From a virus: a stretch of DNA of 64,000 nt. The DNA is taken from positions 96,001 to 160,000 of IMG/VR virus record IMGVR_UViG_3300045988_146774. The stretch is one strand, 5' to 3'. The notes under the pieces are model-generated. The model was not told where the DNA came from. It saw nothing but the letters and a program-made list of their open reading frames with translations, and searched no databases. Positions 53,921 through 62,636 of the stretch are shown in pieces (the stretch's first letter is position 1; each line of letters begins with the position of its first letter). Position numbers and translations under genes: made by a program.

Positions 53921-54346
53921 CTACATATCACAACCGCAAAGACATACGAAACAACTACAGTCCATACATTCTCCATGTCCTGTTTCCATACATTCTCTTG
54001 CATTGCTACATAAATCTTTGTCTTCCGATACTTTTGCTACAAAGTATCCATTATTTTCTAACAATTTAATTGCTTCTTTAATATTATTCTCCATATTATC
54101 ACTCCTTTGATGTGGGCTGATACAACAATCCCATCCGTCTCCACTTTCACAACAACAACCTACAAGAAGTTTATAATTATTGCCACACATGATTCTAGCA
54201 ATTTGATCAAGATACCACACTTTGTTTTCTGGATTTTTATAATGTGCAGATTCCAATAATAAATCTTTAATCGCAATTTCTTTCTTTGTATATTCATATA
54301 TTGTCTTTTTATATGGTGCTACAATCTCTTCACAACTAAATAACAT
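53921..54346 (-). CDS. Cys-rich hypothetical protein
   Basis: CCCESGDGWDCC and CMDCSCFVCLCGC. Confidence 0.55.
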   Translation of the reverse strand: MLFSCEEIVAPYKKTIYEYTKKEIAIKDLLLESAHYKNPENKVWYLDQIARIMCGNNYKLLVGCCCESGDGWDCCISPHQRSDNMENNIKEAIKLLENNGYFVAKVSEDKDLCSNARECMETGHGECMDCSCFVCLCGCDM

Positions 54347-54628
54347 TTAGTCGCCTCCTAATATAATTCTTCTATATTCTTTCCCTGAAATTTTGCCTTG
54401 TTTCATATCAATATATTCTCCAAGATGTTCATCATATAAATCTATATGAGTATCAGATAAATATTCTCTGATTTTTTCAATGGCATCTTTCTTCTCAATA
54501 TGCCATTTACTTTCTTCTACAAGAGTTTCGCCAATCATAAAACAAGCATCATAATATCGTTCTATAATATACACAAGTTGTTCTTTTGAAAGTTTTAATA
54601 AATTTTCTTTGATATATTTACTTGCCAT
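54347..54628 (-). CDS. hypothetical protein
   Basis: 93-aa ORF abutting the downstream gene. Confidence 0.5.
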   Translation of the reverse strand: MASKYIKENLLKLSKEQLVYIIERYYDACFMIGETLVEESKWHIEKKDAIEKIREYLSDTHIDLYDEHLGEYIDMKQGKISGKEYRRIILGGD

Positions 54629-54640
54629 AATTATTCCCTC

Positions 54641-54937
54641 CTAAAACCAACTAAACTCACCGGCAATTAACATCTTCTCAAGATTATGCGCCTGTCGAAT
54701 TTCACGCTCTGTTCCTTCACATTCACCTTTTGTAATCTCATGCACTTCACCATTTGTATGCACAAAAATTCTGCCGAACTCAAACTGGCAAAAATGTGGC
54801 TGCGTAGTATGAATCACTTCTTGCTCCGCATCGATCATCACTCTAGTTTCTGCGTATGTAGTACAAAGATAGGCTGTGTTTTCAAACTCATCAAATCCTA
54901 CCTTGTCCATCCAAATATGTACTTCTCTTTCTGTCAT
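54641..54937 (-). CDS. hypothetical protein
   Basis: 98-aa co-oriented ORF. Confidence 0.5.
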   Translation of the reverse strand: MTEREVHIWMDKVGFDEFENTAYLCTTYAETRVMIDAEQEVIHTTQPHFCQFEFGRIFVHTNGEVHEITKGECEGTEREIRQAHNLEKMLIAGEFSWF

Positions 54938-54954
54938 CTTATACTCTCCCGTTT

Positions 54955-55146
54955 TTATATAATTTTTATTATTTTACATATCACTAAAATGATCATAAAA
55001 GTAAACAACTCGAATATTATTCCACATACAATTGAGATTAGAAATGACTCTACAATACTTCCTCCCTCTAGTATGCAATAAATAAATATAATGAACGCTG
55101 TTGATAGAAATAATAATATGCATAGTTCTAATATAATAAGGTTCAT
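54955..55146 (-). CDS. small membrane protein
   Basis: Almost entirely hydrophobic, 63 aa. Confidence 0.45.
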   Translation of the reverse strand: MNLIILELCILLFLSTAFIIFIYCILEGGSIVESFLISIVCGIIFELFTFMIILVICKIIKII

Positions 55147-55391
55147 CTTTTTCTATCTTTCCAAATCAGTTCTTCGATATGATTCTCTACCGCCTGATAT
55201 GCATCCAGTCTGTTTTCCCATTTAATTATCCTTTTCTTGGCTTTTTCAATAATAAATTGCTCATCGTCTTCAATACATTCTTTTTCTGCTACCACTAAAA
55301 AAGTTTTTTCTTTTTCTAGATTTTCTTCGCATAAGTTGCATTGTTTATCTATCCAATTCAGAAGATCAAACAAATCTTTGTTCTTACTCAT
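55143..55391 (-). CDS. hypothetical protein
   Basis: 82 aa, with 4-nt overlaps on both sides. Confidence 0.5.
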   Translation of the reverse strand: MSKNKDLFDLLNWIDKQCNLCEENLEKEKTFLVVAEKECIEDDEQFIIEKAKKRIIKWENRLDAYQAVENHIEELIWKDRKR

Positions 55392-55861
55392 GCTATTCTC
55401 CCTCTTAATAATTCTGGATTATCGAAAATATTTCCTACAATTTTAATGTCTTCCAAACACGGTAAATATCCAAATTCTGTTCCGTAATTTTCTTTGCCGT
55501 TTGTCGCTTTAAAACCAAGTTCTTCTTTATCCCAAATTATTTGCCATGCGTACTCTTCGCAATCAATCGTAGTACAATGAATAATATCGTTCTCCCAAAT
55601 CATTTCCTTGTTTTTATCTTCAAATCCAACATATTGACAAATTGTATCCGGGTCGATTTCATACTGTAACATTTGATTGGGTAGTTCCCAATCGGTCATT
55701 GTCTCATGTAATATGTAATGATGTACCGGAACTGGTGAACAATCGTCAATTGTACAATGTGTTGTTTCTGCCATTTTGTAATAATAGCCAGTTACCCATT
55801 CTCTAGTTCTAAGCGTCTTTGCTTTTACCATATATCTATTTATATCCATTTCTATCTCCAA
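55388..55861 (-). CDS. YopX-family protein
   Basis: REWVTGYYY and the C-terminal KIVGNIFDNPELL are typical of the SPbeta YopX family. Confidence 0.6.
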   Translation of the reverse strand: MEIEMDINRYMVKAKTLRTREWVTGYYYKMAETTHCTIDDCSPVPVHHYILHETMTDWELPNQMLQYEIDPDTICQYVGFEDKNKEMIWENDIIHCTTIDCEEYAWQIIWDKEELGFKATNGKENYGTEFGYLPCLEDIKIVGNIFDNPELLRGRIA

Positions 55862-55867
55862 ACAAAA

Positions 55868-56032
55868 TTATTCTTCGCTCAAATATTCAGCAGCATCCAT
55901 CATTACTTGTTCGCTACAATGAATTTTCTCTACTGCATAATCAAAATCTTTATATGGACATAATTCACATGAGTTTGCATTGGCACAAATTATTAATGCT
56001 TTTGCAACATCTTTTTTTGATTTATACACCAT
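55868..56032 (-). CDS. small Cys-containing protein (54 aa, below the track cutoff)
   Basis: ATG at 56032 preceded by GGAGGTGAGTAT. Confidence 0.45.
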   Translation of the reverse strand: MVYKSKKDVAKALIICANANSCELCPYKDFDYAVEKIHCSEQVMMDAAEYLSEE

Positions 56033-56058
56033 ATACTCACCTCCAATGAAACACGCAT

Positions 56059-56463
56059 TTAGTCAATTTTCTCTAAAGCATATCTTTTAAACCAATTAGT
56101 AAGTCCATCTTCAAATTTCAATTGATAAGACCACCCGTCTAATGTACCAATTTTAATTACTTTGCCTACCATACCCAAAAGTCTTGGAAACTTGGAACCA
56201 TCTTCGTATTTGTCCTGAAATTGAGAGTCAACTACTACCTTTGCACAGTCACCAATTTCCAACTCACGCTCTAGTTCTTTCTCATGATCTGTTCCAAACC
56301 ATTCACCTGGAAAAATATCTAAAGGTCTTTTCCACCTTTTTATACTTAAAAAAGAATCTTCTTTGTCATAAACTTCTTTATAAAATTGGATATCTTGCTC
56401 TGATGCATTTTTTACTTTTTCTATTTGGCTTTGCAAAAAAGCCAGACTTTCTTTTTTGTTCAT
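56059..56463 (-). CDS. hypothetical protein
   Basis: ATG at 56463 after AGGAGGGGAAT. Confidence 0.55.
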   Translation of the reverse strand: MNKKESLAFLQSQIEKVKNASEQDIQFYKEVYDKEDSFLSIKRWKRPLDIFPGEWFGTDHEKELERELEIGDCAKVVVDSQFQDKYEDGSKFPRLLGMVGKVIKIGTLDGWSYQLKFEDGLTNWFKRYALEKID

Positions 56464-56496
56464 ATTCCCCTCCTGTTGAAACCAACATTTCATTAG

Positions 56497-57006
56497 TTAT
56501 TTATTCTCCAAAACTTCTTTGGGACAATAAATAATTTGTTTACCTGCTTTCTGTGCTTTGCGAATTGTAGACCATACACCGCCTGATTTAATTCCATCCC
56601 AAACTGCAAGTAAAACATCACAATGGTCTACCATGTATTGATCTCTTACATTGTCACATCCTTTATAGAGTTCATCAGCAAGCTCAATCCATTCGTCTGC
56701 AAGAAGTTTAATATCGTTATAATATTTGTGTGAAGAATTGTAATCTTTACAAGGAAGAACGCAGTGTATCCTTAAAGGAATAACATTACCTGCTTTTAAA
56801 AATATTGAAGTCATTCCAAACAGAATATCTGATCCTGTTGCCATTCCACAATATATATCTAATGAATCATCTTCTAACAGTGTTGTCTGTAACATATGTG
56901 TGAGATTGTTTACAATCCATCTTCTTATTTCTTCCCATCTATCGTCTAATTCATCTTCTGGAAGACTTAATCTCTGTGGTCTATGACCAGTCAATGCTAT
57001 TTTCAT
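56497..57006 (-). CDS. DUF1273 / YpsA-like SLOG-superfamily protein
   Basis: From the ATG at 57006 (GGAGAATAGAAAT upstream): MKIALTGHRPQRL..., GMATGSD, VWDG..GG. Confidence 0.6.
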   Translation of the reverse strand: MKIALTGHRPQRLSLPEDELDDRWEEIRRWIVNNLTHMLQTTLLEDDSLDIYCGMATGSDILFGMTSIFLKAGNVIPLRIHCVLPCKDYNSSHKYYNDIKLLADEWIELADELYKGCDNVRDQYMVDHCDVLLAVWDGIKSGGVWSTIRKAQKAGKQIIYCPKEVLENK

Positions 57007-57010
57007 ATTT

Positions 57011-57643
57011 CTATTCTCCAATCCTCCGATATTCCGTATATACATTGTTTTCACAGTAGTACAGATTGTAATCATTCTGTTCAATATACCACCACAATTT
57101 CTGATGTCCTGCTTTTAAATAATCCTTACAATAATCAGTCTCTTGGTAATGATTATCTACCATCTGCCGAAAGCTTAACTCATCAATCTCATCAGAATTA
57201 TGACAATATACCGCTATTCTATTTATTAAATCTTCTGTGAAATTTTCCGTGACTACGAATACGACTCTGATTATTTCACTCATTGAACGTCTAATAGATT
57301 TTAGTTGTTCGAAATCATGCAAATGGTATACTACTCTATCGAAATATGGATATGGAGCATCTTTTACACCAACCATACTTGTATGTAATTCTATTTTTAC
57401 TTTTTTCAAAGTAATATCAAAGAATTTTTTATACCAATCATAATGTTTTTCCAATTCCCATAATGGATCTCCGCCTCCTGATATTGAAACCCAGTTACAA
57501 TTATTCCTACGAATTTCTTTTCCTAGACCATCCAGCCCTTCTATTGTACTTTTCAGAATCTGCAAATTATTATTCTTTACAATACAATATGGACAGGTAT
57601 AATGGCATCCGAAGTTCGTTATTACACTAATATATTTGTCCAT
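57011..57643 (-). CDS. small radical SAM enzyme
   Basis: CHYTCPYC (CxxxCxxC) near the N-terminus and SISGGGDPL. Confidence 0.7.
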   Translation of the reverse strand: MDKYISVITNFGCHYTCPYCIVKNNNLQILKSTIEGLDGLGKEIRRNNCNWVSISGGGDPLWELEKHYDWYKKFFDITLKKVKIELHTSMVGVKDAPYPYFDRVVYHLHDFEQLKSIRRSMSEIIRVVFVVTENFTEDLINRIAVYCHNSDEIDELSFRQMVDNHYQETDYCKDYLKAGHQKLWWYIEQNDYNLYYCENNVYTEYRRIGE

Positions 57644-57671
57644 TTTTTCTCCTCATGAAAGCAACGTTTAG

Positions 57672-57866
57672 TTACTTATTTTTCGTTCTAACATCAATGC
57701 CAAGAACAATAGGCTCATGCTTGTTTACAATAAACTCAATAGTTGGATCTTTCGAATGCCATCCTGCTGCCCTAGCATCGTCTATTAACTCTACGGTTTT
57801 ATATCCTTCTTTTTTTTGCTCTTGTAAAAATTTTATAAGCTTGTTAATATTACAACTGATCGCCAT
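57672..57866 (-). CDS. hypothetical protein
   Basis: ATG at 57866 after GAGGAACTTGGTT. Confidence 0.45.
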   Translation of the reverse strand: MAISCNINKLIKFLQEQKKEGYKTVELIDDARAAGWHSKDPTIEFIVNKHEPIVLGIDVRTKNK

Positions 57867-58131
57867 AACCAAGTTCCTCTTTTAATTTCTGAATACACTG
57901 ATTCGAAGTCAAAACAACTTCTCCCGGAAGCAATACAATACTGCCATCATACTTCGAAATAAATTCTTCTACCTTATTCTTATATTCTCTTAGTTCTCGA
58001 AGCTCTTTAATGGAATCTTTTATATAATCATCCACAGTATCATAAAAAGTAACTCCAGTATCAGTAGATATTGATTCAATATATTCATTTACAGAATTTG
58101 TTTCTTCTTGTGTAGCATCACGCATATACAT
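57850..58131 (-). CDS. hypothetical protein
   Basis: GGAGGG upstream. 93 aa. Confidence 0.5.
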   Translation of the reverse strand: MYMRDATQEETNSVNEYIESISTDTGVTFYDTVDDYIKDSIKELRELREYKNKVEEFISKYDGSIVLLPGEVVLTSNQCIQKLKEELGYGDQL

Positions 58132-58333
58132 TATCTCTTATCCCTCCAAATAGAAATTATCCATAACAACCAATGGAGAATTATCACCAACCCATATTCC
58201 GGATCATTATCTTTACCACTTTCATAATCAAGGTATAACGATGGCAATATTCCAAATTGGTATCTTTATTATGATAAACCGATGTCTTGAATCTTAAATG
58301 CGTCCTTCTTTTTCTTTTCACTGTTTTATTTTC

Positions 58334-58705
58334 CTATCGAAAGTATTGCCATGTAGATTCGAAAATCATATCATATAAATAAGACACAATCATCTGAAAA
58401 CGAACACCTTTCATCCCAGTTAATTCAATATTTTCATTTAAATCATCCATGATATAAAGAATAAAATCATTTATGCCTTTTCTTGTAATAGGAACTTTAT
58501 GACGAATGTGCATATTAATGTAAATTATTAATCCATCCACATTTGTGTTCATAACATTATCGAACGTTTCTATATAGTGTTTATCCGCTGCCTTGTTCAA
58601 TGCTTCCGATTCAGTCATGCCATATGCCGTCTCAAAAATGAAATCCCAAAATTCAGGTTTTACAAATTTCTTTTTTATATCTTTAACCGTAATTTCATCC
58701 AACAT
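58334..58705 (-). CDS. hypothetical protein
   Basis: 123-aa co-oriented ORF. Confidence 0.55.
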   Translation of the reverse strand: MLDEITVKDIKKKFVKPEFWDFIFETAYGMTESEALNKAADKHYIETFDNVMNTNVDGLIIYINMHIRHKVPITRKGINDFILYIMDDLNENIELTGMKGVRFQMIVSYLYDMIFESTWQYFR

Positions 58706-58742
58706 TTATCCTACCTCACTTAAAACTGCCGTTTAGTTACCA

Positions 58743-58958
58743 TTAAAAGATTGGAAATCGCACTTCCACATCATATGGACTAAGACATAACAAATGCCTG
58801 AAAACTCCTAATTCTTTAGTCATTTCTTCTTTCTCTTTATCGTTTAAATCAATAATCTTATTGACCTCGTTTTCTATATCACGACAAAGCATTTCTGCTC
58901 GCCAGAGCGTTCTACTCTCTTCTTCGGTTAATCTAATTGTTTTTTGTTCTACTTTCAT
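58743..58958 (-). CDS. hypothetical protein
   Basis: 71-aa co-oriented ORF. Confidence 0.5.
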   Translation of the reverse strand: MKVEQKTIRLTEEESRTLWRAEMLCRDIENEVNKIIDLNDKEKEEMTKELGVFRHLLCLSPYDVEVRFPIF

Positions 58959-58995
58959 ATATATCTCCTAAAATATTCCATCACTTTTGTAGTCA

Positions 58996-59169
58996 TCAAC
59001 TCAAATATTTTACCGTCAAATACAACAACACTAAAGTTATATATAGAGGACATGCAACATAATAGAATTTATATTCTGCATCTTTTTTCTTTGATATAAT
59101 TTCTGTTAGTCCTTCTATGAAATATATAATAGAAATCCCCATTGCCAAAGCTACTATTTGTTTTTCCAT
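58996..59169 (-). CDS. small membrane protein
   Basis: ATG at 59169 after GGAGAGTAATT. Two TM helices. Confidence 0.45.
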   Translation of the reverse strand: MEKQIVALAMGISIIYFIEGLTEIISKKKDAEYKFYYVACPLYITLVLLYLTVKYLS

Positions 59170-59184
59170 AATTACTCTCCGCAC

Positions 59185-59228
59185 ACTATATATGGTATGT
59201 TACAATGCAGTCACATGCTATATATAGT
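59185..59228. promoter_or_regulatory. palindromic promoter-like element (copy 2)
   Basis: actatatat-N26-atatatagt. On the - strand: TAGCAT, 17 nt, TACCAT. Confidence 0.4.
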
Positions 59229-59240
59229 TATAAATTAACA

Positions 59241-59258
59241 ATGAAATATCGGTTTCAT
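59241..59258 (-). terminator. hairpin ATGAAA-N6-TTTCAT 5 nt after the upstream stop
   Basis: Followed on the - strand by TGTTAATTTAT. Confidence 0.45.
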
Positions 59259-59262
59259 CAAC

Positions 59263-59661
59263 TTAAATAATTCCGAGTGTTTCATCTTCATACCTACACG
59301 CTTTTGCTTTTGTGAACATATCTACATATTCCGACAAATTAAACATTCCAATCGTACATTGAGAAATCATATACATAATTCTTCTATACATAACATCCGC
59401 AAACAATTGGTTATTTTCATTTAACAATACATCCATAAAAAGAAATCTTGCTTTATCTGGATCTCTATTTATAATCTCCAATGTTAATGGTTTTAGAAAC
59501 AAATGCAACGCAAATGGAATATCCATAACAATATCATCGCATCCTAAATAATGTTTATGATAATAAGCATTCATTGCTTCTAGTTCATCACCATATAATT
59601 TCTTATTGTACCAACCTTTACAAATTAGATAGATATCTGTTAATTGTTTATTCTCTGTCAT
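59263..59661 (-). CDS. hypothetical protein
   Basis: ORF open to 59694. The ATG at 59661 has GGAG 11 nt upstream and gives a 14-nt rather than a 47-nt overlap. Confidence 0.5.
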   Translation of the reverse strand: MTENKQLTDIYLICKGWYNKKLYGDELEAMNAYYHKHYLGCDDIVMDIPFALHLFLKPLTLEIINRDPDKARFLFMDVLLNENNQLFADVMYRRIMYMISQCTIGMFNLSEYVDMFTKAKACRYEDETLGII

Positions 59662-59947
59662 CTCTTTTAACTCCAAATAATTCGCATAAATCATTACTCA
59701 TATTTATTATTTTGAAGAATCTATGAGCAATTTCTTCATTCATATGAGCTTCACAGACTGCCTCGGCTGCTTTTGGATGTTCACTACAATCCACAAATTC
59801 TTTGTAATAGTCAACCATATCTTTCCAAATACCAATTGTTTCTCCTGCAATTAAACTTGTCCGTCGGCTTCTATAACATTTCTGCAACTTATCATTTGGC
59901 ATACCACAGAATAAATTTCGTAATACGTGATTTTTAAATATTCCCAT
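59648..59947 (-). CDS. hypothetical protein
   Basis: 99-aa co-oriented ORF. Confidence 0.5.
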   Translation of the reverse strand: MGIFKNHVLRNLFCGMPNDKLQKCYRSRRTSLIAGETIGIWKDMVDYYKEFVDCSEHPKAAEAVCEAHMNEEIAHRFFKIINMSNDLCELFGVKRDDRE

Positions 59948-59949
59948 AC

Positions 59950-60849
59950 TTATTCACCAACCTCCGATACAATTTTCTTAAACATATCATCCACGGAATC
60001 AAGTAAATCATATCTCTTATCAAATGGAGCCGTAGAACTTCTAGCGAATTTACGTTCAACCATATCTATATAATATGTAGAACTTCCGTCGTCTCCTTGA
60101 TAAAATTCATTCCATTCTGAATCAGACAACAATCTCTTCACGTCGAGTTGCTCAATAGCAAGATTATCAAAACTAACAACTTTGAATTTATTCAAAATAT
60201 CCTGTAGATTTTCATATAACCATTGCTGATTTTCTTCTATTTCTTTTCTGTCAGAATCAAAATACTCATTACCTCGTCTCAAATGCTTATAGCCCAAAAT
60301 GAGCATCTTTAAATTATTATTCTCCATAGCTTGTACATCAGATGGTTTCAGAACTCCATTAATTACATGAATTACAATATTGGGATATTTTTTGACCTTT
60401 TTGATAAACTCTTGCGTTGGATTTACAAGAGATACACCTAGTCCATAAATAAGCTTTTCATTAATCATCTTATCTACCAAATCAATATTCTGTTCAAAAT
60501 GCACCTGGTTAAGAGTAATATTTGTGATAACTTTTAAATCTCTGAGCTTTTCTAAGAATGGGATTAAATCAGGATGCTCAAGAACGTTACCTCCTCCGAT
60601 TGCCACTTCTTGATATGGATGAAGTGTCTCGATAAATTTCTCGTTTAAGATATTTCCATGTTTGCCATTTTGTGTAGAACCTTCATGGCAAAACGGACAT
60701 CTCATTGAACAAGAATTGGTAATCTTAATATCCATATTTCTTGCAAAATCAAATTTAAATTCATCATCCTCTGTTTCACAAATGCGAGTACCGTCTGAAA
60801 ATATTTTGTTAATCGTGTTTCCATTCTTGTACATGCCTAATAATTCCAT
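59950..60849 (-). CDS. radical SAM enzyme (299 aa)
   Basis: CSMRCPFC (CxxxCxxC) and IGGGNVLEHPDL. Confidence 0.75.
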   Translation of the reverse strand: MELLGMYKNGNTINKIFSDGTRICETEDDEFKFDFARNMDIKITNSCSMRCPFCHEGSTQNGKHGNILNEKFIETLHPYQEVAIGGGNVLEHPDLIPFLEKLRDLKVITNITLNQVHFEQNIDLVDKMINEKLIYGLGVSLVNPTQEFIKKVKKYPNIVIHVINGVLKPSDVQAMENNNLKMLILGYKHLRRGNEYFDSDRKEIEENQQWLYENLQDILNKFKVVSFDNLAIEQLDVKRLLSDSEWNEFYQGDDGSSTYYIDMVERKFARSSTAPFDKRYDLLDSVDDMFKKIVSEVGE

Positions 60850-60875
60850 TCTAAAAATCCTCCATATTTTAAAAT

Positions 60876-61247
60876 TTAATCATGACCATAATATCCAAAA
60901 GCTACAATTCCTTCACCTTTTGGTGTAGTATAACTTTGTTCAAATGTTTCATACCAATTATCGTTGAAAAATTCTTCTGATGTTTTTATTCTTTCTTCTT
61001 CAAAAATACCATCTACTACTTCTTCGTCATTCCAATCGACATAAGGATACATAAGAGATCCATTCCATGACTTCTTTTCTTGCAGTTCTTTTATTACTTC
61101 TTCTCTTGAAACAAATTTATCCTTGTCTTCCCAATAAAGCAGCTCTCCATTTTCCCATTTTTCATATTCATCAGAACTACACATTGTTAAACTATGTACC
61201 GAACTACTATTCGTTTCAAATACTCCACGTCTAATTTGTTTTTTCAT
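60876..61247 (-). CDS. ETNSSSxH-motif paralogue 3 (123 aa)
   Basis: N-terminus MKKQIRRGVFETNSSSVHSL is shared with the two upstream genes. Confidence 0.6.
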   Translation of the reverse strand: MKKQIRRGVFETNSSSVHSLTMCSSDEYEKWENGELLYWEDKDKFVSREEVIKELQEKKSWNGSLMYPYVDWNDEEVVDGIFEEERIKTSEEFFNDNWYETFEQSYTTPKGEGIVAFGYYGHD

Positions 61248-61250
61248 ATG

Positions 61251-61829
61251 TTAATTTCCTTTCTCATAAATTTCGTATTTGTCAAATTCAGGTTTTAAAT
61301 CACCATATAATGTATAAGTTCCCCAATCTGTTACTTCTTTGCCCTCTGCGATAAACATTTTATCTCTATATGAATCACCATTATCATTTCCTGTAATAAT
61401 AATCGAATTGCCAAAAAGATATCTAAACAACTTGTCTGAATCAGACAATAAATCATCTAACCAAGATTTTAATTCTCCTGCATGATCGATATAATCATAA
61501 CCAATGTCATAATAATAATGTTTTTCCTTACCATATTCATATGATTTAACATTTAATTCTGGGATTGTATATGTGATTTCATACTCATCTAGAATATCTT
61601 TTAATCGAGTAAGTTTTTCATCAGCATATTCTTTGTCCATCGAAAGAATTGCTGTAATCAAATATGAAGCTTTATTATCAAGATCTCCATATTCTTCACA
61701 TTCCCATCCATATTCTCCTGTATGAAAATCAATATGGTCTTTTAGTTCGTACCCATCTTTTGCAATACAAATTGCATGAGTACTGGACGAATTGGTTTCA
61801 TAAACGCTTCTGCGGATTTGTCTTCTCAT
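61251..61829 (-). CDS. ETNSSSxH-motif paralogue 2 (192 aa)
   Basis: MRRQIRRSVYETNSSSTHAI. Also shares G(W/R)...DK..YL with paralogue 1. Confidence 0.6.
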   Translation of the reverse strand: MRRQIRRSVYETNSSSTHAICIAKDGYELKDHIDFHTGEYGWECEEYGDLDNKASYLITAILSMDKEYADEKLTRLKDILDEYEITYTIPELNVKSYEYGKEKHYYYDIGYDYIDHAGELKSWLDDLLSDSDKLFRYLFGNSIIITGNDNGDSYRDKMFIAEGKEVTDWGTYTLYGDLKPEFDKYEIYEKGN

Positions 61830-61845
61830 ATTTATATTTCCTTTC

Positions 61846-62559
61846 TTAATCTACTGGATATTCATAATCGATTGCATCCATATCAATTAATCCTGTGTTT
61901 TTAATATCGTCCCAATAACAATATTCATCCCCATCTTGAATAACTACATATTTTCTATTCGTCAGATATTCTTCCAACGATACATTTTCTTCTTCAAGAA
62001 AACCACTAAGCATGTCTTCATCTACGCATCCTGTATATGGTTTATCAAAATGGAAATATCCATTATCTCCTTCCCAATATTCAATTGTATCAATTCCCCA
62101 ATCTCTTTCTTTTTGTTCAAGCCACTCATTAAGCTCGTCTTCTGTCTTACCATATTCCTGAGCGTATTCACTATCTTTATTTGCCGGATGATCTTTATCT
62201 GCAAACGAATCGGAAATCATAGGAATAACAATCCTTTTAAGACCTGGAACATATTTCAATGCAAGTGATTCAAGTTCTTTATATTTCTCATCATTGTATT
62301 CTCTAACTAACGAGGCACATGCATACAGCCATTTATCATGAAAATTGCCTAATGCTCTAAATGGACTTCTACCAAAATTCATATCATGATCCCAAATATG
62401 CCACTCACAGTCTTTTTCTCCGGTATTTCTGTCATCCCACAAATAGAAATCTTTTAATATCTCTTCCGATGTGTAATGTTCGTCCTTTTTCATAACACAA
62501 AGAGAATGCTGACTGGAAGAATTTGTTTCAAAAACATTTGTTCTAATTTGTCTTTTCAT
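61846..62559 (-). CDS. ETNSSSxH-motif paralogue 1 (237 aa)
   Basis: From the ATG at 62559: MKRQIRTNVFETNSSSQHSL. The track's ATG at 62589 lies within the predicted promoter. Confidence 0.6.
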   Translation of the reverse strand: MKRQIRTNVFETNSSSQHSLCVMKKDEHYTSEEILKDFYLWDDRNTGEKDCEWHIWDHDMNFGRSPFRALGNFHDKWLYACASLVREYNDEKYKELESLALKYVPGLKRIVIPMISDSFADKDHPANKDSEYAQEYGKTEDELNEWLEQKERDWGIDTIEYWEGDNGYFHFDKPYTGCVDEDMLSGFLEEENVSLEEYLTNRKYVVIQDGDEYCYWDDIKNTGLIDMDAIDYEYPVD

Positions 62560-62587
62560 ATTCGTTAATCCTTTCTTTTTGTCACCC

Positions 62588-62625
62588 ATATATTGTATGT
62601 GTCAATTAATCAAAATACAATATAT
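62588..62625. promoter_or_regulatory. palindromic promoter-like element (copy 3)
   Basis: atatattgtat-N16-atacaatatat. TTGTAT, 17 nt, TACAAT reads identically on both strands. Confidence 0.5.
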
Positions 62626-62636
62626 AGTATTCATAA

